From an uncultured archaeon (GTDB taxonomy: Archaea > Thermoproteota > Nitrososphaeria > Nitrososphaerales > Gagatemarchaeaceae): DNA of 64,000 nt. Shown in pieces: positions 28,965 through 38,350 of this stretch. Where the stretch lies: contig CAWFOU010000001.1 of assembly GCA_963817525.1 (NCBI GenBank), forward strand, positions 608,001 to 672,000, in the 5' to 3' direction. Both the position numbers and the translations under genes were made by a program. The first letter of the stretch is position 1; each line of letters opens with the position of its first letter. Under the pieces are notes generated by a model that was given only the letters and a program-made list of their open reading frames with translations, was not told where the DNA came from and searched no databases.

Positions 28965-30074
28965 TTGCTTTCTGTAGCGTTCAAGCTCCTGATCAGGCAC
29001 GTCGAGAGGACTGCGGTCACCGTATTGATGCTCGTGCCGGTCGTGGCGCTGCTGATAAGCTCCAGCATGGTCACCTCAGGGTACCTCCAGCAGGCGACCG
29101 CGGCCGTGACCCTGGTGCAGCCGTCGAACGCGTACGTTGCATACCAAGGGGGGAGCTCCGGTCCCTCGTCGAGCTCGATCAGCTACGATTCCTACCTCCG
29201 CATCCAGGCAAGTTGCGTGAACTCGTCGCTCCCCCTCCTCAGTTTTCCGTCGGTCGTCACCGACGGCGGGAGAAGCGCAAACTCCTCGCTCCTGGCCACC
29301 AACATGACTGCGTTCGTCCTCGCGAGAAGCTCGGTGGTCTACGGCAAGGTGGCATTAGTCGGGGACCAAGTGGACGCAGGCGCAATCATCTCAAAGATCT
29401 TGGACATCAGGGTTGGAGATTTGGTCACGGTCGATGCCTTCTCTCGAACTGAAACGCTTACGGTGGTGGGCATATTCAACTCGACCGACCAGTCAGACAC
29501 AGGTCTCATACTTCCGCTCTCGTCTTCGTGGGCGCTATGGCCCCAGACAGCGAACAGGATATCCTACGTCGAGTTCGTCGCGCCGGACGGGGCAGCCATA
29601 TCGAGCTTCTCGGGGAACATGACGGTAATCAGGGAGGAGGGAATCGACCAGATCGCGCGATCTTTTGACAGTCAGACGTCGGCCCTCCTGACAGACTTGA
29701 CGTACATCCTCTTTGCGCTCGCGGGTGCCGCGGCCGTTGCAGCCGCCTCAAGGGTTGTCACTGAAGTCTCCCAGGAATACAGAACCGTGCGGGCTCTCGG
29801 TGCAAGGCTCTCGGCGGCGCGTGCTCTCGTGTTCTACGAGCTGCTCATCATCTCCGGGGTGGCCGTGCTTGTGGGCATCTCAGCCGGAATCGTCGCGACA
29901 TCGATGCTGGGAACGCTGTTCAAGGCCGTGGATGGCTTGCCCCTAGCGCCCAGCATAAACCCGGCGGAGCTGTTCGCCGTGGGGACCGCCTCGTTCCTCT
30001 TCATCCTCGGCGCAGGATCGGTCTCGTTGATGTGGTTGCCGAGGAGGATCAGCGAGACAGGAGAATCTCGTTGA
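28965..30074 (+). CDS. MacB/FtsX-like ABC permease 1
   Basis: TM, large ectodomain, then RTVRALGA followed by 3 TM. Confidence 0.82.
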   Translation: MLSVAFKLLIRHVERTAVTVLMLVPVVALLISSSMVTSGYLQQATAAVTLVQPSNAYVAYQGGSSGPSSSSISYDSYLRIQASCVNSSLPLLSFPSVVTDGGRSANSSLLATNMTAFVLARSSVVYGKVALVGDQVDAGAIISKILDIRVGDLVTVDAFSRTETLTVVGIFNSTDQSDTGLILPLSSSWALWPQTANRISYVEFVAPDGAAISSFSGNMTVIREEGIDQIARSFDSQTSALLTDLTYILFALAGAAAVAAASRVVTEVSQEYRTVRALGARLSAARALVFYELLIISGVAVLVGISAGIVATSMLGTLFKAVDGLPLAPSINPAELFAVGTASFLFILGAGSVSLMWLPRRISETGESR

Positions 30075-31321
30075 TTTTCACCAAGATCGCGAAGGTCCTC
30101 AGCTCGAAGAGGGCTATCTTCTCTCTGGCCCTGATCCTGCTCATAACGTCGGCCGCCTTCGCCGTGACATCGTCAGTCCTCCTCTCGGTCGAGAACACGG
30201 CTTCGGAGATGCTGGGAGAATCGGGGAACACAATCGTGGTCGCCCAGGAAAACTCCAAGGCGCCATTCCTAGGGACCCTCCCCATCGGTCTCGCGGATAG
30301 CCTTGGGTCGGTGCCGGGCGTGCAGGTGATAAGCCCCGAGGTCTTCGCGCCGTCGACCCTGTCGAACCAGGCGGTAATGGTTCGGGGTGTAAATCCGGAG
30401 TTGTTCATGGAGCTTCAGAAACCCATCATTCTGGAGGGAAGCGCGCTCTCGGCCAACGATACAACCGGGGCGATGGTGGGAGAGACCCTCGCGAGACAGA
30501 TGAGCCTACAGCCCGGCTCCCAGATCATCCTCGTTGGAGGCGTCCGGGCGACCATCGCCCAACTCACGGTTGAGGCGGTCTTCTCGACTGGGACCCCCCT
30601 CGACAACGAGGTGATCGCCCCTCTCTGGGTTGGAGATTGGTTGAGGGGACTGAGCTACAGCACAATCTCCATCATCAGGATCGAGGTCAGCCCGAATGAG
30701 GCTCCCTCCAAGGTCGCCCTAGCGGTGCAACAAGTCGTCCGGAACGATTCTGGCGGCGCCTCCGGGGGGAGCCAGGAGGCCGTGGAGCCAGGGCTGCCCA
30801 TCACGTCACACTTGGGCAGCTTGGCAGGATACGACATCGAGGCGTCTCCCGACGTTTCCTCCACCTTCTTCAGCAAGACGGTGGGTCTGAGCCAGGAGAA
30901 CATCTTGCTCATCTCCGCCCTTGTCTTCGTGAGCATGTCCGTAGCGATCGTCTGCGCCCTCCAGGAGGCGGTGTTCCGGGCGAGGAACGAACTTGGCGCC
31001 ATGAGGACGATAGGAATGAGCTCTAGGAAGCTCTCGTGGAACCTTATCCTCGTCGCGACCTCTCTCAGCTTGGTCGCCTCCGTCGGCGGGCTCCTCGTCG
31101 GGTGGGGCTTCCTCACCCTCGTCTCAACACTCAGCCCTATCCAGATCGCGTTCTACGCCGTGGACCCGCTAACCGCCTTCCCCCTGGCCTCGCTCTACTC
31201 GGTCATCCTCGTGACGGTGGCGGGCTTCGTCGCCGCTGCGTTCTCTTCCCTCCGGTTCAGGCAGCCACTGACGGTCTACGAGATGACCCTCCCTTTCATG
31301 GAGTCTGACCTCGATGGCTAG
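30071..31321 (+). CDS. MacB/FtsX-like ABC permease 2
   Basis: VMVRGV, AMVGETLA and ELGAMRTIG; TTG overlaps the previous stop. Confidence 0.85.
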   Translation: MIFTKIAKVLSSKRAIFSLALILLITSAAFAVTSSVLLSVENTASEMLGESGNTIVVAQENSKAPFLGTLPIGLADSLGSVPGVQVISPEVFAPSTLSNQAVMVRGVNPELFMELQKPIILEGSALSANDTTGAMVGETLARQMSLQPGSQIILVGGVRATIAQLTVEAVFSTGTPLDNEVIAPLWVGDWLRGLSYSTISIIRIEVSPNEAPSKVALAVQQVVRNDSGGASGGSQEAVEPGLPITSHLGSLAGYDIEASPDVSSTFFSKTVGLSQENILLISALVFVSMSVAIVCALQEAVFRARNELGAMRTIGMSSRKLSWNLILVATSLSLVASVGGLLVGWGFLTLVSTLSPIQIAFYAVDPLTAFPLASLYSVILVTVAGFVAAAFSSLRFRQPLTVYEMTLPFMESDLDG

Positions 31322-32930
31322 TGAAAGGCACCGCGCCCTCCTATTCGTCCTCCCCTTTGCAGTCGCGGTGCTCCTAAGGATCTACCCATACCTGGTATAC
31401 GGTGTCCCCTACTCGACCGATTCGTGGTCTCCGATAAGGAACACGCAGGAGCTCCTAGCGTACACGCCGACCAGCCTAGGAGGCAACCCCGTCTTCGACA
31501 GTTACAACATCTACTGGCCGGCAAACTCGGTATTCGGAGCCGTCGCGTCTCTCGTGTTCAACTTGTCCCCCATCAAGATAATGCCGCTCATTTTCCCCGT
31601 GGTAGGAGCCGTCACCGTGATCATCTTCTTCCTGGTGGCCGAGGAGATAAGCGGAAGCGCCGTGATCGCGTCGATCGCGGCTCTCTTCCTCGCCACGGCC
31701 GGAGTCGACGCCATCTTCACGGCCGCGGTGACAAAGGAGACCTATGCAGAGCCGCTATTCATGGTGTCCATCCTGCTCCTGCTTTGGAAGACCGACAAGA
31801 GGAGCGGAGCCCTCTTCGCGATAACTTCGGTGACCTTGGCGCTCTCCCATCACGCCACGTCGGTGCTGCTCCTGGTGGTTGCGGCCACGATTATCTCCGT
31901 CAACTCCGTCCTGCTAGAAAGGAGAGGGGAACCCATAGGGAGGAAGCCGCTCCTCCTTGTCATTGGCGGGGGGATAACCCTCGCCTACTTCTTGCTCTAC
32001 GCCGAGGCTGGCCTCGGCCAGTTCGCGGGCCTCTTGAACATCCAGAGCGCCCTCCTGGCGCTGGCCTTCCTTACCGTCTTCATGGCGCCCGTCGCGTACC
32101 ACGCCGTCTCTCGACCTACCAGGTTGCTCCTCGCCGAGGGAGGCCTAGTGCTGGTGTTGGCGGTCGGAGTACTTGCCATCGGAACGCGCCTGACTTTGAT
32201 TCCTACCGCTCCGGTCGTGACCCCGACTCTTCTGTACTCCGCGGTCCCCTACATACTGGGCGGCGTGCTCGCGATCTTCGGCTACCGCGTGATCCAAGCC
32301 GGCAAAGACAGGGCAAAATTTGTTTTCGTGGCATCCTGGCTCTCGGCGCTCCTGGCCCTCGGATTCCTCGCTGTCTTCTCTGGCGTGCCGTACGGGCTGA
32401 CCATCGTCTACAGGCTCCTCGCTTTCATGGGTCCGCCGGCAATCATCCTCGCTTCCTTGGCCCTTCAGAGGGTGCTCGGTGCCCCCAGCCACAGGGGACT
32501 GCTCAAGGTCGTGGTCGTGGTGGTCATCCTGGCGATCACCATCCCGTCCGCCTACCAGACCTACGCGGCGTCGATCCAAAAGGAGAGCCTGCTGGGCGGG
32601 CAGTGGGTATATCAGCAGTCAGACCTGAGCGGGGCGAGTTGGATAAGCTCGAACTCCGTCCCGGAGAACTTCACGTTGGCCGGCGACATCCGTATGCAGT
32701 ACATCCTCACCGACTACTTTGGCGTCAACGTCAACGTCTCGAGCGGGTATCGCTATCTCGAAAGCCCGGACACGGCCGCCAGACCCGCGTATCTAGTCAC
32801 TTACAGCCTCATGGCGAAGAACGGCTACGTCCAATCTCTCTACGGCGTCCAACTCCCGGGTAACTGGACCGAAGCCCTGACGCAGAATTCGCCGGTCTAT
32901 TATGACAACGGGAACGTCGTCCTCTGGTGA
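31314..32930 (+). CDS. GT-C-fold-like polytopic membrane protein
   Basis: TM1 followed by STDSW acidic loop, YNIYWP, about 12 TM and a small C-terminal ectodomain. Confidence 0.7.
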   Translation: MASERHRALLFVLPFAVAVLLRIYPYLVYGVPYSTDSWSPIRNTQELLAYTPTSLGGNPVFDSYNIYWPANSVFGAVASLVFNLSPIKIMPLIFPVVGAVTVIIFFLVAEEISGSAVIASIAALFLATAGVDAIFTAAVTKETYAEPLFMVSILLLLWKTDKRSGALFAITSVTLALSHHATSVLLLVVAATIISVNSVLLERRGEPIGRKPLLLVIGGGITLAYFLLYAEAGLGQFAGLLNIQSALLALAFLTVFMAPVAYHAVSRPTRLLLAEGGLVLVLAVGVLAIGTRLTLIPTAPVVTPTLLYSAVPYILGGVLAIFGYRVIQAGKDRAKFVFVASWLSALLALGFLAVFSGVPYGLTIVYRLLAFMGPPAIILASLALQRVLGAPSHRGLLKVVVVVVILAITIPSAYQTYAASIQKESLLGGQWVYQQSDLSGASWISSNSVPENFTLAGDIRMQYILTDYFGVNVNVSSGYRYLESPDTAARPAYLVTYSLMAKNGYVQSLYGVQLPGNWTEALTQNSPVYYDNGNVVLW

Positions 32931-32934
32931 TTCG

Positions 32935-33603
32935 ATGCCCATACTGACCCTCCGCGAAATCGGCAAAGAATACCCTGGAGAGAGGGTGGTCCTAAAAGGT
33001 GTCAACCTCGAGGTGCAGGCCGACGACTTCGTGGTCATCCGAGGGAGGTCGGGGATAGGCAAATCCACGCTCCTGAGGATCATGGGCCTTCTCGACGCGC
33101 CCACCTCAGGAAAGGTGCTGGTCGAAGGTCGCGACACCGGCGAGATGAAGGACCCTGAGCTATCAAGGATCAGGCTCACGACCTTCGGCTTCGTCTTTCA
33201 GCAGTTCAACCTGATCCCGAGCTTGACCAACGTCGAGAACGTGGAGCTGCCGATGCAGCTGGCCGGCCGCACGGGCGCGGATGACAGGCGGAAGAGGGCC
33301 CTCGCCCTCCTGCGCTCATTCGGCGTGGACGGCCTGGCCGCGAGATTTCCTGGCGAGGTCAGCGGGGGCGAGCAGCAGAGGGTCACCGTGGCGAGGGCGC
33401 TGGCGAACAGGCCTCAGCTAGTCCTCGCCGACGAGCCGACGGCCAGCCTCGACGAGGTCAACTCGGAGGCGATCCTCGGCCTCTTCAAGAAGATCAACGA
33501 GGAAAACCAAGTCGCGGTCGTGCTCACGACCACCAGCGACTCTGACAAGTTCCTGTCGACTCGCGAGCTGAGCATCAGCGATGGCACGCTACGCCAACTT
33601 TGA
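32935..33603 (+). CDS. LolD/MacB-type ABC ATPase lacking the H-loop His
   Basis: GRSGIGKST, GFVFQ, SGGEQQRV and ADEPT; TTTSD in place of VTHD. Confidence 0.92.
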   Translation: MPILTLREIGKEYPGERVVLKGVNLEVQADDFVVIRGRSGIGKSTLLRIMGLLDAPTSGKVLVEGRDTGEMKDPELSRIRLTTFGFVFQQFNLIPSLTNVENVELPMQLAGRTGADDRRKRALALLRSFGVDGLAARFPGEVSGGEQQRVTVARALANRPQLVLADEPTASLDEVNSEAILGLFKKINEENQVAVVLTTTSDSDKFLSTRELSISDGTLRQL

Positions 33604-33753
33604 GGCGGATGTCGGACGCGCGCACGCCTCGACGCGCGTCTGCCCCACCCGGCCTGGGGTGAGCGCCCCATGTCAGACCCTCTCCGGCTTCATAATTGAT
33701 TTAACGGCGAGTAGACGAGTAGACACGAGCCAGGCATTGCCATCGATCAAGCC

Positions 33754-34335
33754 GTGTCCCCGCTCAGCAACAAGGGCGACACCCAGCGTGAAAGAGGTAG
33801 TGACGACTTGAGCCGTTCCCAAGCGAAGAGTCGGGCGCGGGGAGGCGCGGTCGTCTCAAAGGGCCCGGTCTTGCTCCTCCTGGCTTTCGTGGCCCTCAGC
33901 CTCTGCTCAAGGGCGGATGGCGCGGCGGCCATTACACAGACGCAGGTGTCGACCGCCAACAACGAAATCCAGTCCGCATTTGCGGCGGCGTACGGTGCGG
34001 AGAGGTCAGGCGGGAATGTCTCTTCGCTAGACGCGGAGCTGAACGGAGCGATACAAATGGTTCAGACGGCGGAGGCGGAGAACATGACCGATCCAGCCCA
34101 GGCCGCTGCCGACCTTCAGAACGCCACCACAGTCGCCCAGAGGGTGACAGCCGATTCTCCCTCGGTGGCGCAGGCGGGAAGCGCCGCCCGCCAGACGACC
34201 GAAGTCAGCTCGGTCAGCGCCGCTTTCGCTATCGTAGTGGTCGCGTCCCTGACATACGTTTTCGGAGCTCGGCTCTACAGGAAGGCTTGGCTTCGCCTTC
34301 ACAGAGAATACGTGGTGAGGCCCGCGAGTGGATAA
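33754..34335 (+). CDS. helical protein with signal peptide and C-terminal TM anchor
   Basis: Hydrophobic N-terminus, Ala/Gln-rich helices, C-terminal TM and basic tail; start uncertain. Confidence 0.75.
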   Translation: MSPLSNKGDTQRERGSDDLSRSQAKSRARGGAVVSKGPVLLLLAFVALSLCSRADGAAAITQTQVSTANNEIQSAFAAAYGAERSGGNVSSLDAELNGAIQMVQTAEAENMTDPAQAAADLQNATTVAQRVTADSPSVAQAGSAARQTTEVSSVSAAFAIVVVASLTYVFGARLYRKAWLRLHREYVVRPASG

Positions 34336-34804
34336 AGAAACCTCCAGCGTCGCGCTCGTATTGGTCACGGTCATCGCCATCTTCGCAGTTGTCGAGCCCA
34401 TCCTCCCCGCGAACAGCCAGCCCTTCTCGGAGCTCGGCATCTTGGGACCGAATCAGACGGTCGGCGGGTATCCGACGAGCGTGATAGCGGGGAGCCCGTT
34501 TCTCCTTTACGGTTACATCGGCAATCACGAGGGCGTCTCCAGCTACTACCAGTTCCTGGTCAAGGTGGGCAACGAGACCACTCAGATCAGCAACTCGACC
34601 TTCGCCCAGGCGCCGATTATCTTCACATACTCGCACGTCCTGGAGAACAACCAATCGACGACGTTCCCACTGAATCTGACCCTGGGGAGCCAGGGCACCA
34701 ACGTGAGGCTCATCTTTGAGCTGTGGTCCTACAATGTCACGACCTCGAGCTACGCCTATACCGGATTGTGGAACCAGCTCTTCTTGAACGTGACGGGCCG
34801 CTAG
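34328..34804 (+). CDS. DUF1616 C-terminal-type ectodomain protein
   Basis: FSELGILGP..GGYP, IGNHEG and RLIFELW; 7 N-x-S/T sequons. Confidence 0.75.
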   Translation: MDKETSSVALVLVTVIAIFAVVEPILPANSQPFSELGILGPNQTVGGYPTSVIAGSPFLLYGYIGNHEGVSSYYQFLVKVGNETTQISNSTFAQAPIIFTYSHVLENNQSTTFPLNLTLGSQGTNVRLIFELWSYNVTTSSYAYTGLWNQLFLNVTGR

Positions 34805-34818
34805 GGGTCGAGGCGAGA

Positions 34819-35430
34819 ATGAAAGCTCTACGGAAGACCAACACGCGCCGGGAACTCCCTGGCTTCGACCAGCTGACGGTAGAGAGGCTCGCGGGGAAGG
34901 AGGGAGTCCCGCTCCCGGTCCTCGTCGACGACCTCTCCAGAGACCTGGGCTACACCACCGATAAGGTGACCGAAGGGCTCATGAGGCTTCAATCGAGAAA
35001 GACGATCGTCATCACAGAAAAGGCCCCGCACGCATCCTTGGGGAGCTACGCCGTCTCCCCAGCCTCGATGTGGTTCTGGGCGGCGGTCGGAGTGACGTTG
35101 CTCTCCGTGGCCACGACCGTGGTCACTTCCGGTCTGGGCCTCTACCTCCGATACGCGTTCGGTGCTGTTTTCGTGCTGTTCCTGCCCGGCTACGCGCTGC
35201 TCGAAGCTCTCTACCCGAAGCGGGAGCTAGAAGAGCTGACGAGGTTCGCCCTATCGATAGGGCTGAGCCTCGCCCTTGTGCCTCTGACGGGGCTTGTCCT
35301 CAACTACACCCCCCTAGGGCTCAGGTTGCTCCCGGTGACCCTCTCCCTCTCCGGGCTGACCCTTGCACTCCTCGTTTTCGCGCTGATCAGGAAGCACGAG
35401 TACTACAGGCTGGCGAAGGGGATCCCATGA
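34819..35430 (+). CDS. DUF1616 membrane-domain protein
   Basis: LFLPGYAL..LYP..RFALSIGLSLALVPL.GLVLNYTP.G. Confidence 0.8.
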   Translation: MKALRKTNTRRELPGFDQLTVERLAGKEGVPLPVLVDDLSRDLGYTTDKVTEGLMRLQSRKTIVITEKAPHASLGSYAVSPASMWFWAAVGVTLLSVATTVVTSGLGLYLRYAFGAVFVLFLPGYALLEALYPKRELEELTRFALSIGLSLALVPLTGLVLNYTPLGLRLLPVTLSLSGLTLALLVFALIRKHEYYRLAKGIP

Positions 35431-35480
35431 GTACGCGCTGGTTGCTCGTCCCTGATGCGCTTCGCTGGCGGAGACCGTGA

Positions 35481-36209
35481 TTGGAACGCAACACAGTCAT
35501 CGGGTTGGACCTCCTGGTCATGGGGGTCATCATCACAGCGCTGGGGTTCTTTCTGGCCCAGAGCGTCCCAATAGCGTCGTTCGGCTTCGCCCTTCTGATC
35601 ATCGGAGCGCTCGTGGTGCTCATAGTCCCCGAGACGGTCCCCCACGACGCGTTCAAGGCACTGCTGAAGGACTCGATCCGGAACGTAGAGCTGATCCTCG
35701 AGGAGTCGGCTCTCAGGAATAAGGCCTACTTCATGCAGACGGAAGACGGCGAGGTACGGGCGTTCGTGCCCCTTTCCGAGACCGAGCGCAGCGTTAGCGC
35801 CGCCGGGCTTCTGGAGCTCGAGAGCTCGCCGAGGCGATTCATCGTCGATAAAAAGGGGATGAGGGGGCTGTTGGTGATCCCGCCCGGGAACGAGATTGTA
35901 CGATTGGCAAAGGTGCGCAAGGGGACAGACCTCGAGGACGCGCTCAGGTCGGTGCTTGTGGACTACTCGGACCTCGCCGGCGGGGTGCTCGCGACCGAAG
36001 AGGAAGGAGGGAGGGTGGCGAAGATACAGATAACGAAGCCGAGCCTCGGCTCCGATTCGCCCTACTTCAATGACTCTCTGGGGAGCCCGGTCAGCTGCGT
36101 CGCGTGCTGCGTCGCGGCCGTGGCCAAGGGCGACCCCGTAAGGTTGGTCGAGGAGAGATACGATCCCGCGTTCATCAGGCTCACTGTCCGGATCCTCGGG
36201 GGGACATGA
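35481..36209 (+). CDS. 2-TM protein with cytoplasmic domain
   Basis: Two N-terminal TM; PPG and GSPVSCVACC motifs. Confidence 0.78.
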   Translation: MERNTVIGLDLLVMGVIITALGFFLAQSVPIASFGFALLIIGALVVLIVPETVPHDAFKALLKDSIRNVELILEESALRNKAYFMQTEDGEVRAFVPLSETERSVSAAGLLELESSPRRFIVDKKGMRGLLVIPPGNEIVRLAKVRKGTDLEDALRSVLVDYSDLAGGVLATEEEGGRVAKIQITKPSLGSDSPYFNDSLGSPVSCVACCVAAVAKGDPVRLVEERYDPAFIRLTVRILGGT

Positions 36210-36464
36210 TTGGACTCAAGACAGCGTTTCGTCGTGATTTATGCCACGGTCGCCATGATACCCTTCACGATATTCACCTTCCTGAACACGAATAGCTTTG
36301 GGTTGTTCTTCAGCGCCTACACCCTAGAGTACTTCGCGCTCAGGCTAATGCTGAACCCGAGGATGAGGTTGAGGCTGGACGTTCTGGGACTGGCGCTCTT
36401 GGCTATCTTCGCCTATCTCCTCCTCTCGGGCGCCGCGGGCATCTTCGGTGTGAGCATCCCATGA
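36210..36464 (+). CDS. small 3-TM protein
   Basis: Abuts the upstream stop and overlaps the downstream ATGA. Confidence 0.75.
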   Translation: MDSRQRFVVIYATVAMIPFTIFTFLNTNSFGLFFSAYTLEYFALRLMLNPRMRLRLDVLGLALLAIFAYLLLSGAAGIFGVSIP

Positions 36465-38350
36465 AGAGGTCCATGGAGCTGCTCACGGAGTCGGTCGTGA
36501 TAAGCGTGGTACTGATCCTAATCGTGCTGGGCGGCTCGATAACCACGAGCTCCGTGCCCTTGAGCTGGGGGGACAACCTCAACCCGAACCAGGTCGCTCG
36601 AGAGTCAGATTTGGACGCCCTCGCTTTGTATTATAACACCACCCTGACAGAGCTGGGGACGGGCCTCTTTGCCAACGTCTCGCTCCTCCTAAACTCCTTT
36701 CACTCGGTCAACATCCCCCCGGTGGTCAACCAGACTGCCCTAGCCGCAAACATTGACGTGGCGAGCATGAACACCTCCATCCCAAAGGCGTTCTCGCTCT
36801 TCGACGCGACCAGGCTGGCCATAGGGGCAAAGGAGTACGTGAACGCCACAGCGCTCGTGAACGAGGGGTGCGAAAACGAGGGCCTGGCCAGGCAGAGCCT
36901 CTCTGACTTCAACTCGACCCAGACACCCCGCTTATCGGCGCTTTCCGTCCCCAAGGATGACTATGCCCTCGGAGAGTCCCGAACGGCCGACGAGGTCTCA
37001 GGCCTCCTCGCGGAGTGCAACCTTCTCCGCAGCGAGCTTCCCACGGGCTCGGCCAACTTGACACTGTCGTCTCCGCAGAAATCTATCGAGACGGGAGAAA
37101 GTGTCGCCCTGGGCGCCACGCTGAGACTAGGCGGAGCGGCGGTGGGGGACCAGACCGCCCTGTTGTATCTGAACGGGAGCTATTTCGGCAGCATGGTCAT
37201 GAGCAGCGGCGGCATCTCCGAAGGGCAGGTCAGCATCCCATTCGTTTACAGGCACTTCGCGGTAGTCCAGGCGATCGTCGCGCCTAACGCGACCGCGGAC
37301 TTCGCGGGCGCCCGGTCCAACCTCCTCAATTTCACCATCTTGTTCAACTCTACGAGGATAGTGCTTGGTGACCCGACCGCTTATCTGCCCACCTTCAGCT
37401 TCGCTGTAAAAGGCAACCTCACGACCTTCGCGGGCGCCCCTCTGCCGGGCGCGACGGTGAGGGTCACGTTCATCGACGAGACGATGCTGACGAAGACAGA
37501 CTCCGCAGGCAGGTTCAACGCCAGCTTCATCGTGCCTGCGAACGCCACCGATGGGGTCCATGACGTATACGCGGCCTTCGCGCCGAAGGGTGTCTTCGGA
37601 CCCTCCACCAACTTCACGTCCATCGACGTCGTCCGCGATCCCCTAATCGTGAACCTGGTCGCGCCATCGCTGTCCTTCGCCGGGTTCGCCACGGCGATAT
37701 CCGGGACGGCGACCGCCAATGGCACGGCGGTCTCGAACGCGCTCGTCACCGTCGACACGCCGTGGGGGTCGGCCCGGGGCGTCACTGACGCAACAGGTCA
37801 CTTCAGGCTGGACTTCCAGGTCTCTCCCTTCGAGCTCCTCTTCGGCGCGCAGGTTACGGTGAGCGCGACCCCTCCGAAACCGTACATCAAAACCGGGTAC
37901 GCAAGCGCCCAACTGGGGCTACTCAACCCCCTAATCGTAATCTTGCCCCTCTTGTTCGTTAGCCTCGCGACGTTTGAAGCGAATCAAGTGCGCGAGTTCA
38001 AGAGGAGAGCTCCGAGGCAGGAGGCCGAGACCTTCCCCGATAGCCAGGAAACCGCCAAAGAGATCCCAAGGGTCCAGGACGAGGGGGGTCACGCGCTGCC
38101 GGAGATCCTGGCCTACTATATTGAGGCCGTCTCGCTCGCCAGCGCGCGCTTCGGCCTGGAGGTAGAAGAGAGCAAGACCGTCAGGGAGACGGCGAGGGAG
38201 ATAAGCGGGAGGGAGGCCTCGGTGGGCTCCGAGGCGTTCTCGCGCCTCATGTTGACCGTGGAGGACTACCTCTATTCCGCGAGCTTCGACTCGCGTCGTG
38301 TCCAGGCTGCTAAGATCGACCTGGACGCGGTGAAGGAGGCCTGGAAATGA
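36461..38350 (+). CDS. large surface protein: helical and Ig-like domains, TM, DUF4129-like tail
   Basis: TDSAGRF/TDATGHF Ig-type repeats; about 16 sequons; SKTVRE..EDYLYS tail. Confidence 0.78.
   Translation: MKRSMELLTESVVISVVLILIVLGGSITTSSVPLSWGDNLNPNQVARESDLDALALYYNTTLTELGTGLFANVSLLLNSFHSVNIPPVVNQTALAANIDVASMNTSIPKAFSLFDATRLAIGAKEYVNATALVNEGCENEGLARQSLSDFNSTQTPRLSALSVPKDDYALGESRTADEVSGLLAECNLLRSELPTGSANLTLSSPQKSIETGESVALGATLRLGGAAVGDQTALLYLNGSYFGSMVMSSGGISEGQVSIPFVYRHFAVVQAIVAPNATADFAGARSNLLNFTILFNSTRIVLGDPTAYLPTFSFAVKGNLTTFAGAPLPGATVRVTFIDETMLTKTDSAGRFNASFIVPANATDGVHDVYAAFAPKGVFGPSTNFTSIDVVRDPLIVNLVAPSLSFAGFATAISGTATANGTAVSNALVTVDTPWGSARGVTDATGHFRLDFQVSPFELLFGAQVTVSATPPKPYIKTGYASAQLGLLNPLIVILPLLFVSLATFEANQVREFKRRAPRQEAETFPDSQETAKEIPRVQDEGGHALPEILAYYIEAVSLASARFGLEVEESKTVRETAREISGREASVGSEAFSRLMLTVEDYLYSASFDSRRVQAAKIDLDAVKEAWK

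Noticed and set aside
31424-32863. Long alternative-frame ORFs (e.g. 479 aa here, 17630-18643, 42223-43254, 62799-63593)
   Set aside because: Shadow frames of well-supported genes, mostly Arg/Pro/Gly-rich, as expected at high GC
33610-33665. GC-rich hairpins after the ABC ATPase as an ncRNA
   Set aside because: Short stems of CGCG runs are expected by chance at this GC content
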